Shown piece after piece: positions 54,081 through 58,549 of a stretch of DNA of 58,549 nt. The translations under genes were made by a program, and so were the position numbers. Origin of the DNA: Chloroflexota bacterium (GTDB lineage Bacteria; Chloroflexota; Dormibacteria; CF-121); the NCBI GenBank assembly GCA_005880395.1, contig VBHQ01000161.1, positions 1-58,549 of the forward strand. The letters are read 5' to 3'. Under the pieces are notes generated by a model that saw nothing but the letters and a program-made list of their open reading frames with translations, did no database searches and had not been told where the DNA came from. Positions within the stretch are counted from its first letter, which is position 1, and each line of letters starts with the position of its first letter.

Positions 54081-55139
54081 CTCGCTCCAGTCGTGCGCCA
54101 TTCGGCTAAGGAAGACCCGGGCCAGGGTTGTGTCCTGGATCAAGAGATCGAGCTCGTGATTGCGCGTGAAGCCGGAGCGGGACCAGTTGCAACTACCAAA
54201 CAGGACGGTGGACCCATCGATGATGCCCGCCTTGGCGTGCAGGAGTTCATCCCCGGCCTGCAGGTAAAAGCGCACCGTCGCACCCGCCGGCTTGAGGACC
54301 GCCATGGTGTCCGCGTTCTGCGGCTGGGTGGGATCGAGCAGGACCCGCAGCTGGACCCCGCGCTGGGCGGCGGCCACGAGCGCATCGATCACCAGCCGAT
54401 CGCTGAGAACGTACATCTCGATGTCGATGGAGTGGCGGGCGGCGGCGATGGCGGCGAGGGCAGCCGCCCGAATGCCGTCGCCCGGACGCGTGACGAGCAC
54501 CTGGACCGACCGGTCAGCGGTGGTCGGCGGAATCAAGGCCGCAATGCCGGCGAGGGCCAGGTCCTGGCGAAAAACGCGCTCGAGATTTCTCACGACTGGA
54601 CCGGTCGCCAGCACGTCGAAGTCCTGGTTCTGAATCGAATGCGTGCCCCAGTTGATGCCTCCAACGATGGCCCGCGTGCCGTCGACGATCAGGAGCTTGA
54701 CGTGATCGATCGTCAGCCGCTCGATCGGGAAAGCCACGACCTGGACGCCGCCCTGCTCGAGCTGCGCCCAGATCGTGCGGCTGCTCCGCTCGGAGGGATC
54801 TTCGATGGCGGTCACGTCGACACCCCGGTCATGGGCATTGAGGAGGAGAGACGCGAGATCGATTCGTTGAAATTCGTAGAGCTCGACGTCGATCGAGCGA
54901 CGCGCCTGGCTGAGGGTGTCGATGATCGCCGAGAAGGCCGCCGGGCCCGAGGTCAGGGGAAGGAGCTGATCGGCACCGGTCATGATCGGCGCCGGGACGA
55001 GCGACGGCTGGCCAACGGCGGGCAGGGTGGGAGAGGGAGTACGGCCCGGTCCACAGGAGGCAGCAGCCAGCAGCGCCAGGAGGAGGAGGGGCAGCCGGAG
55101 GCGTTGGGCCGGGCCATACACGCCAGCATGGTAATACAA
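54069..55139 (-). CDS. Phospholipase D / cardiolipin-synthase-like protein with two HKD motifs, probable lipoprotein
   Basis: 356 aa. The N-terminus LLLLALLAAASC is lipobox-like. HKD motifs are IDHVKLLIVDGTRAIVGGINW and LLHAKAGIIDGSTVLFGSCNW. The 3' end overlaps the gpmI 3' end by 12 nt. Confidence 0.85.
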   Translation of the reverse strand: MYYHAGVYGPAQRLRLPLLLLALLAAASCGPGRTPSPTLPAVGQPSLVPAPIMTGADQLLPLTSGPAAFSAIIDTLSQARRSIDVELYEFQRIDLASLLLNAHDRGVDVTAIEDPSERSSRTIWAQLEQGGVQVVAFPIERLTIDHVKLLIVDGTRAIVGGINWGTHSIQNQDFDVLATGPVVRNLERVFRQDLALAGIAALIPPTTADRSVQVLVTRPGDGIRAAALAAIAAARHSIDIEMYVLSDRLVIDALVAAAQRGVQLRVLLDPTQPQNADTMAVLKPAGATVRFYLQAGDELLHAKAGIIDGSTVLFGSCNWSRSGFTRNHELDLLIQDTTLARVFLSRMAHDWSESTP

Positions 55140-55181
55140 GTTTGTGTATATGTCAAGGCTCAGATCAAATGCGCGAGCGGA

Positions 55182-55210
55182 TCAGAATCCGACGGAATCG
55201 GGGTTATAAT
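55182..55210 (+). promoter_or_regulatory. Possible sigma-70 promoter for secG (weak -35, consensus -10)
   Basis: TATAAT at 55205-55210 sits in the AT-richer 87-nt gap between divergent genes. TCAGAA lies 17 nt upstream as a poor -35. Confidence 0.3.
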
Positions 55211-55226
55211 TCAGCGGCTTCAGACC

Positions 55227-55454
55227 ATGCGAACCTTCCTCGGCGTCGTTGAACTCGTGCTGGCGCTCCTCGTGATGCTCGGCATCCTCCTGCAGACGCC
55301 CAAGGCCAGCGGGCTCGGCGGGACGATCGGAGGCGGCGGCGATTCGGGTGGTGGATACCGCACCAAACGAGGGCTCGAAAAGAACCTCTTTTATGCCACG
55401 ATCGGGCTGGTCGTGATCTTCGTGGCGGTCTCGGTCGTGTACATCCGGGTTTGA
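55227..55454 (+). CDS. secG: Preprotein translocase subunit SecG
   Basis: 75 aa: MRTFLGVVELVLALLVMLGILLQTPKASGLGGTIGGGG...LEKNLFYATIGLVVIFVAVSV. Two TM helices flank a Gly-rich loop, as in SecG. It lies inside a spurious 453-aa track ORF. Confidence 0.85.
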   Translation: MRTFLGVVELVLALLVMLGILLQTPKASGLGGTIGGGGDSGGGYRTKRGLEKNLFYATIGLVVIFVAVSVVYIRV

Positions 55455-57079
55455 TCCGCCGCGGGCTGCTCGCCAGCGGGGCGGGCGTGCTCCTGCTGGT
55501 CCTCCTGACCGTGCTCGTCCTGGTCTTTCGCGGCGCCATCCTCGCCCCCGAGGCGCCCCGTCCTGGAGGCGCATACACCGAGGGCGTGGTCGGCCAGCTT
55601 GGGTCCCTGAATCCGCTCTACGGTGAGGCGACGGCCGGCGGCAACGACATCGACGCCCTGCTCTTCGAACCGCTCGTGCGGGTGCTTCCCACCGGGACGG
55701 TCGAGGGGCGCCTGGCCTCGCATTGGGATGTCAGTCCCGATGGGCGGACCTACGCCTTCACGCTTCGCCCGAACGCCCGCTGGTCGGACGGCGCCCCGGT
55801 CAGCGCCGATGACGTCGTGTTCACCGTGCGCACGGTGCAAGATCCGCAATTTCCTGGTGCCCTGCTGAATCAGAGCTGGAAGGACATCGTGGCGACCGCG
55901 GTTGATAGCCAGCACGTCCGGTTCGCCTTGCCGGGCCACAATGCCGGGTTTCTCGCCAACCTCGAGCTGCTCGACATCATGCCGGCCCATCTGCTTGCGG
56001 GCAAGTCGATGGGCGAGCTCGCCTCCGCGTCGCCGAACCTCAACCCGGTCGGCACCGGGCCCTACCGGCTCGTCGCCCAGACCAGCGATGGCATCCAGCT
56101 CGAGCGCAATCCCTATGCCTGGCGTCGCCCCTGGATCGATACGATTGCGATCCGCAGCTTCGCCACGCAGGCGGCCGCGCTCGGCGCGCTCGACCGCAGC
56201 GAGATCGACGGGCTCGCCAACCTGACGCCGTCGGCAGCGGACCACGAAGCCGGCAACAAGGCGGTCAGCACGATCAGCGCCTCAACCTATCAATATGCCG
56301 AGCTGGTGCTGAATCTGAAGCCGGATGAGCCCTACTTCCAGGACATCAAGGTGCGCCAGGCGATCGCCAAGGCGATCGATCGGGCGGCCATCATCCGCGA
56401 TGTCCTCGGGGGCCAAGCGGTTCCCGACGACGGCCCGATTCCACGCTCCATCGTGTGGGCCTACGATCCCGTCGCCCAGCAGCCGGCCCATGACGCGGCG
56501 GGCGCGGCGAAGCTTCTCGACGACGCCGGGTGGGCGCTGGTCAACGGCACCCGCACCAAGGGCGGAACCGCGCTCAGCTTTGGCCTCGACGTGTCCAGTG
56601 ACGTGCCGCCCTACGAGCGTGTCGCCGAGGCGGTGTCCGAGGAGCTGGCGCAGGTTGGCATCCAGGCTGAGGTTCGCCCGGTCAGCACCGCATCACTCAT
56701 TCATGACTACCTCAATCCCCGGACCTTTGACATGACGTTGACGGCGTTTGACAACGGCCCGGACCCCGACGTGTACACCTTCTGGCATTCCTCGCAAAAC
56801 CATGTTGGGGGCTTCAACTTTTCCGGCATGAAGAAAAATGTCTTCATCGACGGCGACCTGGAAGACGGTCGGAACTCCCTGGCGTTGAACGCGCGGGCGA
56901 AGGCCTACGCGACGTTTCAGGAGGACTTCGCCAAGGAGCTGCCGGCGGTCTTTCTCTACACGCCGCGCTACGTGGTGGCGATCAGCCGGCGCATCCATGG
57001 CGTGCACCTCGACGCGGCGGTCGAGCCGACGGAACGCTTTGCCTACGTCAACGACTGGTACATCGAGGTCGGTCGATGA
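55451..57079 (+). CDS. ABC transporter substrate-binding protein, family 5 (peptide/nickel type)
   Basis: 542 aa. N-terminal anchor helix. LFEPLVR, WSDG.P.SADDVVFT and PYRL... are family-5 SBP patterns. The TTG start overlaps the secG stop. Confidence 0.85.
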   Translation: MIRRGLLASGAGVLLLVLLTVLVLVFRGAILAPEAPRPGGAYTEGVVGQLGSLNPLYGEATAGGNDIDALLFEPLVRVLPTGTVEGRLASHWDVSPDGRTYAFTLRPNARWSDGAPVSADDVVFTVRTVQDPQFPGALLNQSWKDIVATAVDSQHVRFALPGHNAGFLANLELLDIMPAHLLAGKSMGELASASPNLNPVGTGPYRLVAQTSDGIQLERNPYAWRRPWIDTIAIRSFATQAAALGALDRSEIDGLANLTPSAADHEAGNKAVSTISASTYQYAELVLNLKPDEPYFQDIKVRQAIAKAIDRAAIIRDVLGGQAVPDDGPIPRSIVWAYDPVAQQPAHDAAGAAKLLDDAGWALVNGTRTKGGTALSFGLDVSSDVPPYERVAEAVSEELAQVGIQAEVRPVSTASLIHDYLNPRTFDMTLTAFDNGPDPDVYTFWHSSQNHVGGFNFSGMKKNVFIDGDLEDGRNSLALNARAKAYATFQEDFAKELPAVFLYTPRYVVAISRRIHGVHLDAAVEPTERFAYVNDWYIEVGR

Positions 57080-57123
57080 CGCTGCCCCGCGGCCGGGGAT
57101 TGGGAGCGCGCAAAGCCGGGATA

Positions 57124-57207
57124 TGCGGCTGAAAGGACTTGAACCTTCAAGGGCTTGCGCCCACTAGGCCCTGAACCTAGCGTGTTTACCAATTTCACCA
57201 CAGCCGC
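57124..57207 (-). tRNA. tRNA-Leu (anticodon CAG), class II with long variable arm
   Basis: The reverse complement is GCGGCTGTGGTGAAATTGGTAAACACGCTAGGTTCAGGGCCTAGTGGGCGCAAGCCCTTGAAGGTTCAAGTCCTTTCAGCCGCA. Acceptor stem GCGGCTG/CAGCCGC. Anticodon stem CTAGG/CCTAG with loop TTCAGGG. T-loop TTCAAGT. Confidence 0.92.
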
Positions 57208-57237
57208 AGGAAGCTCTCGCGGAGTTACGCACAGTAT

Positions 57238-57885
57238 ATGGCCGGCGGGCTGAATGACTTGAGCTCGGCGGAGCTTGCGATCTACCGCCGCCGGCTCGAT
57301 ACCCCGGTCAAAATCCAGGCGTTTCTGGACGCCATTCCCTACAACACGGAGGGCGACGGCGAGACCTTCCGGTCGCCCCGGCGAGTCCTGGGTGATCGAA
57401 CCGCCAACTGCATCGAGGGCGCCGTGCTGGCCGCCGCGGCGCTGCGGGTGCAGGGTCAGCCACCGCTGGTCATGGATTTGACGGCGGTCCGCGATGAGGA
57501 TCACGTGATCGCCGTCTTTCGCCGCCAGGGCCTGTGGGGCGCAATCGCGACCAGCAAATTCACCGGCCTCCGATACCGCGAGCCGGTCTACCGGACGCTC
57601 CGGGAGCTGGCGATGTCGTACTTCGAGCACTATTTCAATCTTGCCGGCGAACGAACGCTGCGAGGCCATGGCCGTCCGGTCAACTTGAGTCGGTTTGACC
57701 CGCTTCACTGGATGACGTCGGACCATGACCTCTGGCCGATCGCCGAGCACCTGGAGCGGATTCCCCACATCGTCCTGCTGCCTGGCTCGGCCGCCCGCCG
57801 GCTGAGCCCGCTGGACGCGAGGCTCAGGCACGCCGGCACGCTCAACCATCCCGGGCTGCGGAAGGACCAGAAGCTGCAGCATTGA
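57238..57885 (+). CDS. Transglutaminase-like (papain-fold) hypothetical protein
   Basis: 215 aa. ...[18 protein letters not shown]...DEDHVIAVF...WGAI supplies Cys and His in the spacing seen in transglutaminase-like cysteine-peptidase folds. This assignment is by pattern only. Confidence 0.6.
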   Translation: MAGGLNDLSSAELAIYRRRLDTPVKIQAFLDAIPYNTEGDGETFRSPRRVLGDRTANCIEGAVLAAAALRVQGQPPLVMDLTAVRDEDHVIAVFRRQGLWGAIATSKFTGLRYREPVYRTLRELAMSYFEHYFNLAGERTLRGHGRPVNLSRFDPLHWMTSDHDLWPIAEHLERIPHIVLLPGSAARRLSPLDARLRHAGTLNHPGLRKDQKLQH

Positions 57886-57910
57886 CAATGTCGGTAACAC
57901 TTGTTACAGT
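57882..57910 (+). promoter_or_regulatory. Near-consensus sigma-70 promoter (TTGACA-N17-TACAGT) containing a 6+6 inverted repeat
   Basis: TTGACA at 57882-57887 overlaps the upstream stop codon. The spacer is 17 nt and TACAGT lies at 57905-57910. The palindrome GTAACA-ct-TGTTAC (57894-57907) sits across the spacer and the -10. The region is visibly AT-richer than its surroundings. Confidence 0.5.
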
Positions 57911-57974
57911 AGCCAAACTATCATTGAATTAGCACGGCCGAAGGGTCGTGCCGAGTCGTCGTTCGGAGGAAGGG

Positions 57975-58283
57975 ATGAAAAAAGGAGCAGAGCCGGATAT
58001 TCCGCTCGAGGCGGTGCAGTCGCTGTTGACGCGCGTGATCTGGCAGGCGGTGGCCGATCTTGGCGTGGACGCCTATAAGTCCGACGCGGAGCACTTCTTT
58101 GACGGCGAGACGTTCGTCGAATACTGCGACATCCTGGGGTGGAATGTCCGGCGAGCACGCACCAGCCTTGGGAAGTTCGTCGAGAGCGGGAATCGCATCT
58201 CGGGCAACCACCTGCTGACCGCGGCCGAGCTGGCTGCCCAGCAGATGCGCGCCGCCCAGGCCCAGACCGCGATCGCCAGCTAA
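57975..58283 (+). CDS. Small hypothetical protein (102 aa)
   Basis: ATG 57975 is preceded by GGAGGA at 57965-57970. The sequence MKKGAEPDIPLEAVQSLLTRVIWQAVADLGVDAYKSDAEHFFDGETFVEYCDILGWN... is non-repetitive and looks helical. The track start at GTG 57948 falls inside a hairpin (57932-57951) and is less likely. Confidence 0.6.
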   Translation: MKKGAEPDIPLEAVQSLLTRVIWQAVADLGVDAYKSDAEHFFDGETFVEYCDILGWNVRRARTSLGKFVESGNRISGNHLLTAAELAAQQMRAAQAQTAIAS

Positions 58284-58357
58284 CCGCCGAGTTCGGAGCC
58301 GAATACACGCTAATCGGTTTTTAATCCGCGCGTGCTATAGCATTTAGGCATCCGCAA

Positions 58358-58549
58358 ATGAATCTGCTGCTTGTCGAGGACGAGCGGAAGCTGTCGACCC
58401 TGCTGAAGCAGCTCCTTGAAGACGAGCGCTATGCCGTCGACATTGCCGCCGACGGCGAGCGAGCCCAGGCGCTGGCCGAAACCGCGCGCTACGACGCCAT
58501 CATTCTCGATCTCATGATCCCCAAGCGGGATGGGATGGAGGTCTGCCGC
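58358..58549 (+). CDS. OmpR/PhoB-type response regulator, N-terminal receiver domain (3' end outside window)
   Basis: MNLLLVEDERKLSTLLKQLLEDERYAVDIAADGERAQALAETARYDAIILDLMIPKRDGMEVC is a canonical receiver-domain start. The ORF runs off the window end. Confidence 0.88.
   Translation, partial: MNLLLVEDERKLSTLLKQLLEDERYAVDIAADGERAQALAETARYDAIILDLMIPKRDGMEVCR

Noticed and set aside
54093-55454. 453-aa plus-strand ORF spanning the PLD-like gene region
   Set aside because: Only its last 75 codons (55227-55454) look like a real protein (SecG). The remainder is antisense to the PLD-like gene with two HKD motifs.
57043-57900. 285-aa minus-strand ORF
   Set aside because: It runs antisense through the tRNA-Leu(CAG) gene and the 215-aa transglutaminase-like gene. 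Its composition is noise-like.

Overview
This is a high-GC chromosomal segment. Hand counts of single 60-nt lines in housekeeping genes give about 44/60 G+C. The gene order resembles Terrabacteria (Chloroflexota or Actinomycetota style), but that placement is inference only. All family calls come from reading motifs in the translations; no database search was possible.

Plus-strand content:
- A DUF4388-like protein with a long P/Q-rich region.
- pcrA-ligA.
- A PAS-GAF-PAS-GGDEF-EAL membrane sensor.
- A chain of six genes joined by 4-nt overlaps: gatC, gatA, gatB, an unknown 441-aa ORF, a RumA/RlmD-type methyltransferase and dnaE.
- An ECF sigma / anti-sigma pair.
- polA-mutM.
- uvrB-uvrA-uvrC.
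- whiA-gap-pgk-tpiA-gpmI.
- secG and an ABC substrate-binding protein.
- A few small unknown genes and the start of an OmpR-type response regulator.

Minus-strand content:
- yggT.
- An eight-gene Bat-like cluster: large exported protein, ABC ATPase, ABC permease, Q/S/G/N-rich membrane protein, MoxR, DUF58, VWA, VWA.
- A DUF151 nuclease, lgt and a PLD-like lipoprotein.
- Two tRNA-Leu genes.

No CRISPR array, transposase or integrase was seen.

The best candidate for something new is the 441-aa ORF at 12789-14114. It is compositionally foreign, sits between gatB and the methyltransferase with overlaps at both ends, and reads as an unknown N-domain, a coiled coil and a nuclease-like C-terminal module.

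Second-tier leads:
- A stand-alone ClpX-type zinc finger followed by a coiled-coil / DHp-like / dual-receiver protein with no kinase domain. The pair occupies the slot between uvrC and whiA.
- The DUF4388 protein with its P/Q-rich low-complexity region.

Quality flag: four conserved genes each lack an internal conserved block and change frame at the junction. They are the terminal VWA gene, moxR, uvrA and gap. This looks more like unmarked assembly gaps than biology, and it needs checking before any functional conclusion is drawn.
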